Below are positions 1-14,266 of a stretch of 64,000 bases of DNA, piece by piece. This stretch comes from Flaccisagitta enflata (taxonomy: Eukaryota), in assembly GCA_965153355.1 (NCBI GenBank), contig OZ231126.1:42532001-42596000 (forward strand), in the 5' to 3' direction. Made by a program: the position numbers and the translations under genes. The notes beneath the pieces were generated by a model that made no database searches, was not told where the DNA came from, and saw nothing but the letters and a program-made list of their open reading frames with translations. Position 1 is the first letter of the stretch; each line of letters opens with the position of its first letter.

Positions 1-917
1 CCGAGAGCTTGCGTGGAATATTGATGCGGTAAACATAATTTGCAACCGATAGGCAGCTCAAGATATTGCTATATGCTGTATATGCTATACGCTGTATGCC
101 GTCTCTACTGAATGACACTATGATAAAATGATATTTTCTTGAAACAATCATGTAAACGCAAACTATCAAACAGATTTTCAGATATTCTAGATGAGGGAAG
201 AATGTATTTCTGATGGATTTCAAGATTCTGCTTGAGGACTGATTGAAACTTTTCCTGTCTTATCTTGTCATTGTGATACAGTCCATCTTTGAATTTCGAT
301 TAAGATTCTCCCCCCCCCCCCTTGCATTTTTCCCAAAAATCACATGAAAAAATAAGTCATCCGAGGATCGCACATGGTCAGTGCAGAGAAAGCGGGCCCG
401 GAGCCGGAATGGAGCCGGAAGCGGTGGACGCGGTCATTTTGCAGGGACGCGGGCGCGGAGCCGATCAGATTTTTGTGTCATAGGGAAGACGCGGACGCGG
501 AGCCGTTGACAATCTCAAAACCAAGACGCGGACGCGGACGCGGTTTTTTTTCAACCGCGTCACCGCGGTTTTTTTACAAACGAGTCACCGCATTTTTTTT
601 TTCCGAGATGTCACCGCGTTTTTTCTTTCTTTTTTTTTCTTTTTTTTTTCTTTCTGTTTATTTGATTGTTTGTTTGTTTGTTTGTTTGTTTATTTGTTCG
701 TTTGTTCATTCTTCCCAGTTTATTTCCAATTTCTTTCTTTGTTTCATGTTTCATTTCTTCTTTTCCCTTCTTCTCCCTTCTTTGTTTCTTAGATGGCTTC
801 TTCGTTGGTTTCTTTGTTTCTTTGTTTTTCTGTTTATTTCTTTGTTCCTTTGTTAATTACTTTCTTGTTTCTTTGTTTTTTGTTTCTTTGTATCCAGCTT
901 TCTCTCTTTGTTTTTTC

Positions 918-1007
<90 letters not shown>

Positions 1008-1420
1008 CTTTTTTCTTTTTATACTTTCTTCTTTCATAACACTTGCTTTTCCTCAAAAACGATCATTTGTCGAGAAGTTCGCACACCTCACTATTAAAAG
1101 TAACAAGGCCGGATACACGGCAATCCAGTTGCGGACGGTTAGGCAGGAGCAGTTATGCAAAAACCGGAAAAACAAATTTTCGAGCTTGATAGAGAGCCCA
1201 CTAAGGTAAAGAACCCAACAAATGATATAAACAAGGCTGGATACACGGCAAGACAGTCACGGATGGTTGGACAGGAGCAGTAATGCAAAAACGGCCTGAA
1301 ATTCAAAAATGTGATTGACCGATGGACTGACGGACCACTGACTTACCGACCGACACAGGTGTAGTCGCGTGTCCGCAACTAATAAGAACACTTCATAAAT
1401 GAACAGCAAAAAGTGCAAAA

Positions 1421-1531
<111 letters not shown>

Positions 1532-1670
1532 CCATCACAAGAGTTCGTTTAAGATATCAACTTAGAAAACCTACAAACTAACAAGACAATTTTTTCTTGC
1601 TTTGTTTTTTTTTCTTCTCTTTGGTCGAGTCTTGTTCGTTTCTTCTTTAATACGTTTTCTTTCTATTTTC

Positions 1671-1882
1671 TTTTTAAGTCGCGTGCACGCGACTCTACAC
1701 CCCGCTTTGTCCGTCCGTCGGTCGGTCAGTCTGTCGGTCCATCACACTTTTACTTTTCTTATCAATTTTATATCTTTATGTCACTTAAAGTCATTTAAGA
1801 GTATACTGAGTCATTCTAAGTCATTCTAAGGCATTCTAAGTCAATATGTAAGTCTCGCACACGACTTATAGGTTTTGGCTTC
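1671..1882 (+). mobile_element. HINE/DINE-1-like non-autonomous Helentron (family 1)
   Basis: T-run, then the AGTCGCGTGCACGCGACT palindrome, a (GTCY)n tract, AAGTCATTYT tandem repeats and a 3' GCACACGACTT subterminal inverted repeat. Confidence 0.7.
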
Positions 1883-2049
1883 TTTTTTTTCTCTTTTTCT
1901 CTCTTTTCTTTCTTATTCCTTTTTTTTTTCTTTTTCGGTCTTTCTTCCGTCTTTTTCTCTCACTTTTTTTTTTTCTTCTTATTTCTGTCATCTGGTTTTA
2001 TTTTGAGTCAATTTTTTGTTGTTTTTGGGAATTATTGGTTGCTTTTAAT

Positions 2050-3780
2050 CATTTTTGGTCATTTTTGGTCATTTTTGGTCATTTGGTCATTTTGGTCATT
2101 TTGGTTATTTTTGGTCATTTTTGGTCAATTTTGCTCATTTTTGATCAATTTTGATCAATTTTGATCAATTTTGATCATTTTTAATCATTTTTGGTCATTT
2201 TTGGTCATTTTTTGTCATTTTTGTCATTTTGGTCATTTTGGTCGTTTTGGTCATTTTTGGTCATTTTTGATCACTTTTGATTATTTTTGGTCATTTTTGG
2301 TCATTTTTGGTCATTTTTGGTCATTTTGGTCATTTTGGTCATTTTTGGTCATTTTTGGTCATTTTTGGTCATTTTTGGTCATTTTTGGTCATTTTGGTCA
2401 TTCTCGGTCATTTTGGTCATTTTTGGTCATTTTTGGTCATTTTTGGTCATTTTTGGTCATTTTTGGTCATTTTTGGTCATTTTTGGTCATTTTGGTCATT
2501 TTGGTCATCTTTGGTCATTTTTGGTCATTTTGGTCATTTTGGTCATTTTGGTCATTTTGGTCATTTTGGTCATTTTGGTCATTTGGTCATTTTTTGGTCA
2601 TTTTGGTCATTTTGGTCATTTTGATCATTTTTGGTCGTTTTTGGTCATTTTTGATCATTTTTGATCATTTTTGATCATTTTTGGTCATTTTTGGTCATTT
2701 TGGTCATTTTGGTCATTTTGGCCATTTTTGGTCATTTTGGTCATTTTGGTCATCTTTGGTCATTTAGGTCATTTTTAGTCATTTTTGGTCATTTTGGTCA
2801 TTTTGGTCATATTTGGTCATTTTTGATCATTTTTGGTCATTTTTGGTCATTTTTGGTCATTTTGGACATTTTTGGTTAAAGTCTGCTGGTTAAAGTCTGC
2901 TGGTTGAAGTCTGCTGGTTAAAGTCTGATGGTTAAAGTCTGCAAGAGTCTGCTGGTTAAAGTCTGCTGGGTAAAGTCTGATGGTTAAAGTCTGATGGTTT
3001 AAATCTGCTGGTTTAAATCTGCTGGTTTAAGTCTGCTGGTTGAAATCTTATGGGTTAAGTCTGCTGGTTTAAGTCTGCTGGTTTGAATCTGCTGGTTTAA
3101 GTCTGCTGGTTTAAGTCTGCTGGTTTAAATTTAATGGTTTAAGTCTGCTGGTCTAATGGTTTAAGTCTGCTGGTTTTAGTCTGCTGGTTAAAATGATATT
3201 AAAGATGAGTATGGTTTAATTCTGGTTTAAGTCTGGTTTAAGTCTGGTTTAAGTCTGGTTTAAGTCTGGTTTAAGAATGGTTTAAGTCTGGTTAAAGTCT
3301 GGTTTACGTCTGGTTTACATCTGGTTTACGTCTGGATTAAGTCTGGATTAAGTCTGGTTTAAGACTGGTTCATGTCTGATTTATGTCTGGTTTAGGTCTG
3401 GGTTAGGTCTGGTTTAGGTGTGGTCTATGTCTGGTTTTTGTCTGGTTTACGTTTGATTTAGGTCTGGTTTAGGTCTGGTTTTGGTCTGGTTTTGGTCTGG
3501 TTTTGGTCTGGTTTGATTCTGGTTTGAGTCTGGTTTGATTCTGGTTTGAGCCTGGTTTGAGCCTGATTTGAGCCTGGTTTTGGTCTTGTTTAAGTCTGGT
3601 TTGAGTCTGGTTTGAGTCTGGTTTGAGTCTGGTTTGAGTCTGGTTTGAGTCTGGCTTAAATCTGGTTTATGTCTGGTTTATGTCTGATTTAGGTCTGGTT
3701 TTGGTCTGGTTTAATTCTGGTTTGAGTCTCGTTTGAGTCTGGTTTGAGTCTGGTTTGAGTCTAGTTTGAGTCTTTTTGGG
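2050..3780 (+). repeat. Compound minisatellite: (TTTTTGGTCA/TTTTGGTCA)n, then (GGTTWAAGTCTGCT)n, then (GGTTTRAGTCT)n
   Basis: Directly visible arrays of 9-10-bp units (2050-2875), 14-bp units (~2875-3190) and 11-bp units (~3215-3780). Confidence 0.9.
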
Positions 3781-4206
3781 TTGCGTTTAAGTCTGATTTT
3801 CGATAAAAAGATACAATAAGGAATCAGGTCAGTTCAGTTATTTTTGTCCTGCACGCGACTTATAGGTGTTGGCCTTGTTTCTCTTTTTCTCTCTTTTCTT
3901 TCTTATTCCTTTTTTTTTCTTTTTCTTTCTTTCTTATGTTTCTTTTTCTCTCTTTTTCTTTTTTTTTTCCTTCTTCGGATTTCTGTTCTTTTTGTTTTTC
4001 AGTCTTTCTGTCTGCCTTTCTTTCCTTTGTTCGGTCTGCCCTTCTTGCTGTCTGGTTTTCTTTTGTTTTTTGTTTCTTTTATATTTTCTTTCTTCATTCT
4101 TCTGTTCCTTGTTTCTTATTTTCTTTATTTCCCTTCTTCTTTCTTTAGGTATTTTTTGTTTTGTGCTTGATTTTCTATGCTTTCTTTTTTACTTTCTTTC
4201 TTTCTC

Positions 4207-4250
<44 letters not shown>

Positions 4251-4314
4251 TTTTCTGTCTTTCTTCTGTCGTTCTTTCTGTCTCTTTCTGTCTTTCTTTC
4301 TTTCCTTCTGCCTT

Positions 4315-4349
<35 letters not shown>

Positions 4350-4352
4350 TTT

Positions 4353-4408
<56 letters not shown>

Positions 4409-5058
4409 TCCTTCTTTCTTTCTTTCTTTCTTACTTTTTTCCATGTTTATAGTTACGGACACTCAACTCTATAGGAGACTTTGTCCGTCCGTCCATCCGT
4501 CCGTCCATCCGTTTGTCCGTTCGTTATGATCATGTTGAAAATTGGGAAAACGCGCATTTCCGCCCCTGCCTACCCGTCCGCAACTGCTGGGCGTGTATCC
4601 GACCTTGTTATCCTTTCCTTCTTTACATATTCTTTTTGTATGCATTCCTTCAAGCTTTTTTTTTCTTCCTTTCTTTTCCTCTTTCTTTGTTTGTATATTT
4701 TTCTCTTTTTTTCTCTATTTCCTTCACTCGTCACCCATTTTTAAGTGCGTCATGTCCGCCGGTTGGTTGGTTGGTCTGTGGGTTGGTTGGTTGGTCACGC
4801 AAACGTTTGACGTTCGTTCTGACGTATCTTTTTATTTCTATCACCTTTCATGCCTTACCACATTCATTTTCATTTGTTCATTCATTCATTCATACATTCA
4901 TCAAAAACTTTCATTCACATATTCTTAATCCAGCGAGGCCCACTTATTAGCCTTCACTTGGCCTTGTTTTCTCTCTTTTTCTTTGTTTGTTTGTTCGTTC
5001 TGTGTTTGTTTGTATGTTTCTTTGTTTCCTTGTTCCCTTTTATCCTTGTTTGTTTGTT

Positions 5059-5102
<44 letters not shown>

Positions 5103-6024
5103 TCGTTCTTTCTTTCTTTCTTTTCTTTCAGGGAGTGAAATGGCCAGTTTGGGTATCAAGTAATCATTAATAAGTAATATCAAGTAAAGTAATATGAAAT
5201 ATTGACGCGGAGCCGGAAATGACGCGGACGCGGCAAAGAATTGTGGTGGCGGAGCCGGAGCCGGAGCTGAAATTTAAGGCAGCTAGGACGCGGAGCCAGA
5301 ACTGGTGGGCTGGGGGAATGGTGAGACGCGGAATGGAACGGAACCGGCACTGGAATTGGTGGATAAGGAGTGGTCGCGGCGTGATTTTTACCGCGCCCGC
5401 CTTCTCTGTGTCAGTGGTACCTGATGTCCTGCTTGGAGTGATCAGCTGAAGAAGTGGAGTGAGAGCAGGGCAGCGACCCCAATAGGCCTAGGTCCTGTAG
5501 GACACAGGGGTGAATTGTTGTTTTTCAATGGGAAGTTTGCATTATATCATTTTCCCATGTTATTCAATGGGAATTTGAGAATTGAGAAGCTTCAGGGGGG
5601 GTGGATGTATGGATGTAAGGACGGACAGACGGATTGACGGATGGACATAAGGAAATTCACCCCTGTGTCCTACAGGACATTGGCCCTTTAGCGCAGCTAC
5701 CCAAAAAGCATGGTTTCCGTTTTCTTTTGAATTTTGATTTCTTTTTAATATTTTAGGACGTATTATTGTCTATTATTGGCCTATATGTCGTGTCACTGTG
5801 TCCATTCTTGCCCCCCCCCCTCCTTTATGCCATCTCCTCTAACGATGCTTTATCTTTTTTTTTTCATTCATTTGATCGTAAATTCTATACCATGTAAACT
5901 CCATAGATCATGATTTTGTTCTGGTCGGCTTTCGCCAACCAGAAGTCCATCATCAGTTCCAACTACGTGATTCATTACAAACAGAGTCAGCATCTGGTTG
6001 GGGCCAGTGGATGAGGTGTGAAGT

Positions 6025-6316
<292 letters not shown>

Positions 6317-6990
6317 ATGGATTCGTGTGTGTGTGTGCGTGTGCGTGTATGGATTCGTGTGTGTGAATTTTGTCTGCACCTATCATCCAAGCGCGAATTC
6401 TTACTCTTAATTCTAAACAACGTCGCCTGGCACGTCCGACAGTTGAATTCTTACTAATGTAGTGTAGTCCACCTTCGGCAAAAACAATAAAAAACACCAC
6501 CTCAGCAGCAATTCATGTCTTTTTCAACTTTTGTCATCGTTAATTCTTTCTTTTTTTCAACTCATTATGTGTGTCACTTCTTGTTTCCATCACCCTTCAA
6601 GGTCTGAACTACTTAAACTATTTTGTTTTTTTCTTTTTTCTTTGAAAGTTTTTTAATCAAATATTAATGACAATTTCTTCTAATCGCTTTTCTTTCCTTT
6701 GTCCGCAACTCTTTCTAAATTGGATTCAAGGCAACGAACCAAGGATCAGATTATGATGGAAATGGAAGGAGATGGGGAAGGTGGATGATGGAGAAAAGGA
6801 GGAAGGGGGAAGTGAAAGGATCAGATGATGGCGGGAATGGAAGGAGATGGTGAAGGTGGATGATGGGGAAAAGGAGGAAGGGGGAAGGGAAAGGATCAGA
6901 TGATGGTGGAAATGGAAGGAGATGGTGAAGGTGGATGATGGAGAAAAGGAGGAAGGGGGAAGTGAAAGGATCAGATGATGGTGGAATTGG

Positions 6991-8160
6991 AAGACCATAC
7001 ACAAGCAATAGTAGATTTAAATAAAGTTCATTTGCAAATTGTTGTTTATTGATACTGTTGTGCACCTGCTATTAAGGCTTGCCCGCCTACAAGGTATATT
7101 AGTTGCTGTTCTTTAAAATTCTTTTTTAATTCTACATATTATTTTCTGCTTGGATATATGAAGAGACAAAAAATATCATCTGGGCTAGTGAGATTGTAGC
7201 AACTTTGACGCAAGTCAAAATATTTTACGATTTAATGAACTTAAAACTTTTTTATTTTGTATAGTGAATCTTTTACCTTTCAGTGAACTGTAATCAGGGC
7301 TTTTAAACCTACTGGTCAGTTGGTTGGCTGGTCTGTTGGTTGATTGGTCGGTCCATTTGCATTAATTTTTTTTTGCGTTCATGGGTGGTTTTTGCACCTG
7401 CCAAATTGCTTAAATTGCCTTTTTATCACTGCCCCTGCCAACCTGCATGCGACTTTGGTAGCCGTGTATACGGCCTTGTAAGGGCAGCTTAACTAAAAAG
7501 CATGAATTTGCATAGTCCTGTAGTGAAGTCCAACTGTACTGTATATTTGGAGTATAATATCAGCAAATAAAACATGTGTAAAAGGATGAGAATTGATTTG
7601 TGTATTGTTTTAAATGTGGCTTTAGACCTTATTTGTTCCCTTTCATCTTCATCCAGGGGTGTATATCATTGAGTCGCTTTTGATTTTTTGCCCCCTGGCA
7701 TTAATTTTCTTCCCTGCGACGCGTCGTGTCGCATTTTTATATCTATGATTTTCTTCCCCATATAGCAAAAAAACAATGTAGTTAAGGTTTAAATAGTGTT
7801 AAATTGTGTTTTATGATTTGGTACTGTTATATTTTCCCCAAAATTCCTTTTTTTCTTTTTTTTCCCCCTTTGATTCCCTTCCCCATCTCCAGACCCTTTG
7901 ATTTTTCCCCCTTCCCATGAGGGGAGGGGGAGGAACTCAATAATATACAGGCCTTTCTTTCTCTTCCCTCTTTTTTTTTAGAACTTAGGCCAATCACTGA
8001 TAAAAATTTTAGAAGTTAGACCACTTTTTCTGACAATATCTTAAGAAATAAAATCTTTCAAAATTGGCTGCAAAGCTAAAAAAATATTTTAGCTCTGGGG
8101 CCAATCTGTAAGGACAAAATTTTAGCTATTGGGCGCTTTAGCTGTGGGGAGATACACCCG
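6991..8160 (+). repeat. ~1.17-kb segment directly repeated at ~9773-10955 and partially at 13021-13145
   Basis: aagaccatacacaagcaatagtag starts all three copies; the two full copies end ...gatacacccg; absent from copy B. Confidence 0.92.
7654..7955. mobile_element. Degenerate hAT-like MITE (second copy ~10447-10748)
   Basis: Imperfect TIRs CAGGGGTGTATATCATTGAGT and ACTCAATAATATACAGGCCT; imperfect 8-bp flanks tcttcatc/tctttctc. Confidence 0.5.
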
Positions 8161-11100
8161 TGAAAGGATCAGATGATGGCCGGAATGGAAGGAGATAGTG
8201 GAGGTGGATGATGGAGAAAAGGAGGAAGGGGAAAGTGAAAGGATCAGATGATGGTGGAAATGGAAGGAGATGGTGAAGGTGGATGATTGAGAAAAGAAGG
8301 AAGGGGGAAGTGAAAGGATCAGATGATGGTGGAAATGGAAGGAGATGGTGAAGGTGGATGATGGAGAAAAGGAGGAAGGGGAAAGTGAAAGGATCAGATG
8401 ATGGTGGAAATGGAAGGAGATGGTGAAGGTGGATGATGGAGAAAAAGAGGAAGGGGGAAGTGAAAGGATCAGATGATGTTGGGAATGGAAGGAGATGGTG
8501 AAGGTGGATGTTGGAGAAAAAGAGGAAGGGGGAAGTGGAAGGATCAGATGATGGTGGAAATGGAAGGACATGGTGAAGGTGGATGACAGAGAAAAAGAGG
8601 AAGGGGGAAGTGGAAGGATCAGATGATTGTGGAAATGGTAGGAGAGGATGAAGGTGGATGTTGGAGAAAAAGAGGAAGGGGGAAGTGGAAGGATCAAATG
8701 ATGATGGGAATGGAAAGAGATGGTGAGGGTGGATGATGGAGAAAAGGAGGAAGGGGAAAGTGAAAGGATCAGATGATGGTGGAAATGGAAGGAGAGGGTG
8801 AAGGTGGATGTTGGAGAAAAAGAGGAAGGGGGAAGTGGAAGGATCAGATGATGTTGGAAATGGAAGGAGATGGTGAAGGTGGATGATGGAGAAAAGGAGG
8901 AAGGGGAAAGTGAAAGGATCAGATGATGGTGGAAATGGAAGGAGAGGGTGAAGGTGGATGTTGGAGAAAAAGAGGAAGGGGGAAGTGGAAGGATCAGATG
9001 ATGTTGGAAATGGAAGGAGATGGTGAAGGTGGATGATGGAGAAAAGGAGGAAGGGGAATGTGAAAGGATCAGATGATGATGATGGAAATGGAACGAGATA
9101 GTGAAAGTGGAAGATGGAGAGCAGGAGGAAGGGGAAAGTGAAAACTGAAAAGATGAGATGATGTTGGAAATGGAAGGAGATGGTGAAGGTGGATGATGGA
9201 GAAAAGGAGGAAGGGGAATGTGAAAGGATCAGATGATGGTGGAAATGGAAAGAGATGGTGAAGGTGGATGATGGAGAAAAAGAAAGAGGGGGAAGTGGAA
9301 GGATCAGATGATGGTGGAAATGGAAGGAGATGGTGAAGGTGGATGATGGAGAAAAGGAGGAAGGGGGGAGTGGAAGGATTGGATGATGGTGGAAATGGAA
9401 GGAGATGGTGAAGGTGGATGATGGAGAAAAGGAGGAAGGGGGGAGTGGAAGGATTGGATGATGGTGGAAATGGAAGGAGATGGTGGAAGTGGAAGATGGA
9501 GAAAAGGAGGAAGGGGGGAGTGGAAGGATCAGATGATAGTGAAAATGGAAGGAGATGGTGAAGGTGGATGATGGAGAAAAGGAGGAAGGGGGAAGTGAAA
9601 GGATCAGATGATGGCTGGAATGGAAGGAGATGGTGAAGGTGGATGATGGGGAAAAGGAGGAAGGGGGAAGTGAAAGGATCAGATGAAGGTGGAAATGGAA
9701 GGAGATGGTGAAGGTGGATGATGGAGAAAAAGAGGAAGGGGGAAGTGAAAGGATCAGATGATGGTGGAATTGGAAGACCATACACAAGCAATAGTAGATT
9801 TAAATAGAGTTCGTTTGCAAATTATTGTTTATTGATACATATGTGAACTGTTGTGCACCTGCTATTAAGGCTTGCCCGCCTACAAGGTATATTAGTTGCT
9901 GTTCTTTAAAATTCTTTTTTAATTCTACATATTATTTTCTGCTTGGATATATGAAGAGACAAAAAATATCATCTGGGCTAGTGAGATTGTAGCAACTTTG
10001 ACGCACGTCAAAATATTTTACGATTTAATGAACTTAAAACTTTTTTATTTTTTATAGTGAATCTTTTACCTTTCAGTGAACTGTAATCAGGGCTTTTAAA
10101 CCTATTGGTCAGTTGGTTGGCTGGTCTGTTGGTTGATTGGTCGGTCCATTTGCATTAATTTTTTTTTGCGTTTATGGGTGGTTTTTGCACCTGCCAAATT
10201 GCTTAAATTGCCTTTTTATCACTGCCCCTGCCAACCTGCATGCGACTTTGGCAGCCGTGTATACGGCCTTGTAAGGGCAGCTTAACTAAAAAGCATGAAT
10301 TTGCATAGTCCTGTGGTGAAGTCCAACTGTACTGTATATTTGGAGTATAATATCAGCAAATAAAACATGTGTAAAAGGATGAGAATTGATTTGTGTATTG
10401 TTTTAAATCTGGCTTTAAACCTTATTTGTTCCCTTTTATCTTTATCCAGGGGTGTATATCATTGAGTCGCTTTTGATTTTTTGCCCCCTGGCAATAATTT
10501 TCTTCCCTGCGACGCGTCGTGTCGCATTTTTATATCTATGATTTTCTTCCCCATATAGCAAAAAAACAATGTAGTTAAGGTTTAAATAGTGTTAAATTGT
10601 GTTTTATGATTTGGTGTGCTGTTATATTTTCCCCAAAATTCCTTTTTTTCTTTTTTTTCCCCTTTGATTCCCTTTCCCATCTCCAGACCCTTTGATTTTT
10701 CCCCCTTCCCATGAGGGGAGGGGGGGTACTCAATAATATACAGGCCTTTCTTTCTCTTCCCTCTTTTTTTTTTTAGAACTTAGGCCAATCACTGATAAAA
10801 ATTTTAGAAGTTAGACCACTTTTTCTGACAATATCTTTAGACATAAAATCTTTCAAAATTGGCTGCAAAGCTAAAGAAATATTTTAGCTCTGGGGCCAAT
10901 CTGTAAGGAAAAAATTTTAGCTATTGGGCGCTTTAGCTGTGGGTAGATACACCCGTGAAAGGATCAGATGATGGCCGGAATGGAAGGAGATAGTGGAGGT
11001 GGATGATGGAGAAAAGGAGGAAGGGGAAAGTGAAAGGATCAGATGATGGTGGAAATGGAAGGAGATGGGGAAGGTGGATGATTGAGAAAAGAAGGAAGGG

Positions 11101-14100
11101 GGAAGTGAAAGGATCAGATGATGGTGGAAATGGAAGGAGATGGTGAAGGTGGATGATGGAGAAAAGGAGGAAGGGGGAAGTGAAAGGATCGGATGATGTT
11201 GGAAATGGAAGGAGATGGTGAAGGTAGATGATGGAGAAAAGGAGGAAGGGGAAAGAGGAAGGGGAAAGTGAAAGGATCAGATGATGGTGGAAATGGAAGG
11301 AGATGGTGAAGGTGGATGATGGAGAAAAAGAGGAAGGGGGAAGTGAAAGGATCAGATGATGTTGGAAATGGAAGGAGATGGTGAAGGTGGATGTTGGAGA
11401 AAAAGAGGAAGGGGCAAGTGGAAGGATCAGATGATTGTGGAAATGGAAGGAGAGGATGAAGGTGGATGTTGGAGAAAAAGAGGAAGAGGGAAGTGAAAGG
11501 ATCAGATGATGTTGGAAATGGAAGGAGATGGTGAAGGTGGATGTTGGAGAAAAAGAGGAAGGGGGAAGTGGAAGGATCAGATGATGGTGGAAATGAAAGG
11601 ACATGGTGAAGGTGGATGACGGAGAAAAAGAGGAAGGGGCAAGTGGAAGGATCAGATGATTGTGGAAATGGAAGGAGAGGATGAAGGTGGATGTTGGAGA
11701 AAAAGAGGAAGAGGGAAGTGAAAGGATCAGATGATGTTGGAAATGGAAGGAGATGGTGAAGGTGGATGTTGGAGAAAAAGAGGAAGGGGGAAGTGGAAGG
11801 ATCAGATGATGGTGGAAATGGAAGGAGAGGGTGAAGGTGGATGTTGGAGAAAAAGAGGAAGGGGGAAGTGAAAGGATCAGATGATGGTGGAAATGGAAGG
11901 AGATGGTGAAGGTGGATGTTGGAGAAAAAGAGGAAGGGGGAAGTGGAAGGATCAGATGATGTTGGACATGGAAGGAGATGGTGAAGGTGGATGATGGAGA
12001 AAAGGAGGAAGGGGAAAGTGAAAGGATCAGATGATGGTGGAAATGGAAGGAGAGGGTGAAGGTGGATGTTGGAGAAAAAGAGGAAGGGGGAAGTGGAAGG
12101 ATCAGATGATGTTGGACATGGAAGGAGATGGTGAAGGTGGATGATGGAGAAAAGGAGGAAGGGATAATGAAAGTTGGATGATAGGTGGAAATGGAAAGAG
12201 ATGGTGAAGGTGGATGATGGAGAAAAAGAAAGAGGGGGAAGTGGAAGGATCAGATGATGGTGGAAATGGAAGGAGATGGTGAAGGTGGATGATGGAGAAA
12301 AGGAGGAAGGGGGGAGTGGAAGGATCAGATGATGTTGGAAATGGAAGGAGATGGTGAAGGTGGATGATGGAGAAAAGGAGGAAGGGGAAAGTGAAAGGAT
12401 CAGATGATGGTGGAAATGGAAGGAGATGGTGAAGGTGGATGTTGGAGAAAAAGAGGAAGGGGGAAGTGGAAGGATCAGATGATGGTGGAAATGGAAGGAG
12501 ATGGTGAAGGTGGATGATGGAGAAAAGGAGGAAGGGGGGAGTGGAAGGATTGGATGATGGTGGAAATGGAAGGAGATGGTGGAAGTGGAAGATGGAGGAA
12601 GGGAGGAAGGGTGAAGTGGAAGGATCGGATGATGTTGGAAATGGAAGGAGATGGTGAAGGTGGAAGTTGGAGAAAAGGAGGAGGGGGGAAGTGGAAGGAT
12701 CAGATGATGGTGAAAATGGAAGGAGATGGTGAAGGTGGATGATGGAGAAAAGGAGGAAGGGGGGAGTGGAAGGATTGGATGATGGTGGAAATGGAAGGAG
12801 ATGGTGGAAGTGGAAGATGGAGAAAGGGAGGAAGGGGGAAGTGGAAGGATCAGATGATAGTGGAAATGGAAGGAGATGGTGAAGGTGGAAGATGGAGAAA
12901 AGGAGGAAGGGGGAAGTGAAAGGATCAGATGATGGCTGGAAATGGAAGGAGATGGTGAAGGTGGATGATGGGGAAAAGGAGGAAGGGGGAAGTGAAAGGA
13001 TCAGATGATGGTGGAATTGGAAGACCATACACAAGCAATAGTAGATTTAAATAAAGTTCATTTGCAAATTGTTGTTTATTGATACTGTTGTGCACCTGCT
13101 ATTAAGGCTTGCCCGCCTACAAGGTATATTAGTTGCTGTTCTTTATGGAGAAAAGGAGGAAGGGAGAAGTTGAAGGATCAGATGATGGTGGAAATGGAAG
13201 GAGATGGTGAAGGTGGATGATGGAGAAAAGGAGGAAGGGGGGAGTGGAAGGATTCGATGATGGTGGAAATGGAAGGAGATGGTGAAGGTGGATGATGGAG
13301 AAAAGGAGGAAGGGGGAAGTTGAAGGATCAGATGATGGTGGAAATGGAAGGAGATGGTGAAGGTGGATGATGGAGAAAAGGAGGACGGGGGGAGTGGAAA
13401 AGGATCAGATGATGGTGGAAATGGAAGGAGATGGTGAAGGTGGATGATGGAGAAAAGGAGGAAGGGGGAAGTTGAAGGATCAGATGATGGTGGAAATGGA
13501 AGGAGATGGTGAAGGTGGATGATGGAGAAAAGGAGGAGGGGGGAAGTGGAAGGATCAGATGATGGTGGAAATGGAAGGAGATGGTGAAGGTGGATGATGG
13601 AGAAAAGGAGGAAGGGGGAAGTTGAAGGATCAGATGATGGTGGAAATGGAAGGAGATGGTGAAGGTGGATGATGGAGAAAAGGAGGAAGGGGGGAGTGGA
13701 AGGATCAGATGATGGTGGAAATGGAAGGAGATGGTGAAGGTGGATGATGGAGAAAAGGAGGAAGGGGGGAGTGGAAGGATCAGATGATGGTGGAAATGGA
13801 AGGAGATGGTGAAGGTGGATGATGGAGAAAAGGAGGAAGGGGGAAGTGGAAGGATCAGATGATGGTGGAAATGGAAGGAGATGGTGAAGGTGGATGATGG
13901 AGAAAAAGAGGAAGGGGAAAGTGAAAGGATCAGATGATGAGGGAAATGGAAGGAGATGGTGAAGGTGGATGATGGAGAAAAGGAGGAAGGGGGAAGTGGA
14001 AGGATCAGATGATGGTGGAAATGGAAGGACATGGTGAAGGTAGATGATGGAGAAAAAGAAGAAGGGGAAAGTGGAAGGATCAGATGATGGTGGAAATGGA

Positions 14101-14266
14101 AGGAGATGGTGAAGGTGGATGATGGAGAAAAGGAGGAAGGGGTAGTGGAAGGATCGGATGATGATGATGGAAATGGAACGAGATAGTGAAAGTGGAAGAT
14201 GGAGAGCAGGAGGAAGGGGAAAGTGAAAACTGAAAAGATGAGATGATGATGGGAATGGAAGGAGAT

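Larger units (their letters stand above)
6742..14266 (+). repeat. 75-bp purine-rich minisatellite arrays (~6742-6990, 8160-9772, 10955-13020, 13146-14266; resumes 17660-17750)
   Basis: Unit aggatcagatgatggtggaaatggaaggagatggtgaaggtggatgatggagaaaaggaggaagggggaagtgga; minus-strand ORFs show the matching 25-aa period. Confidence 0.95.

Noticed and set aside
2171-2879. FGHFWSFLVI-repeat ORFs
   Set aside because: Translation of a 9-10-bp satellite, open in all three frames.
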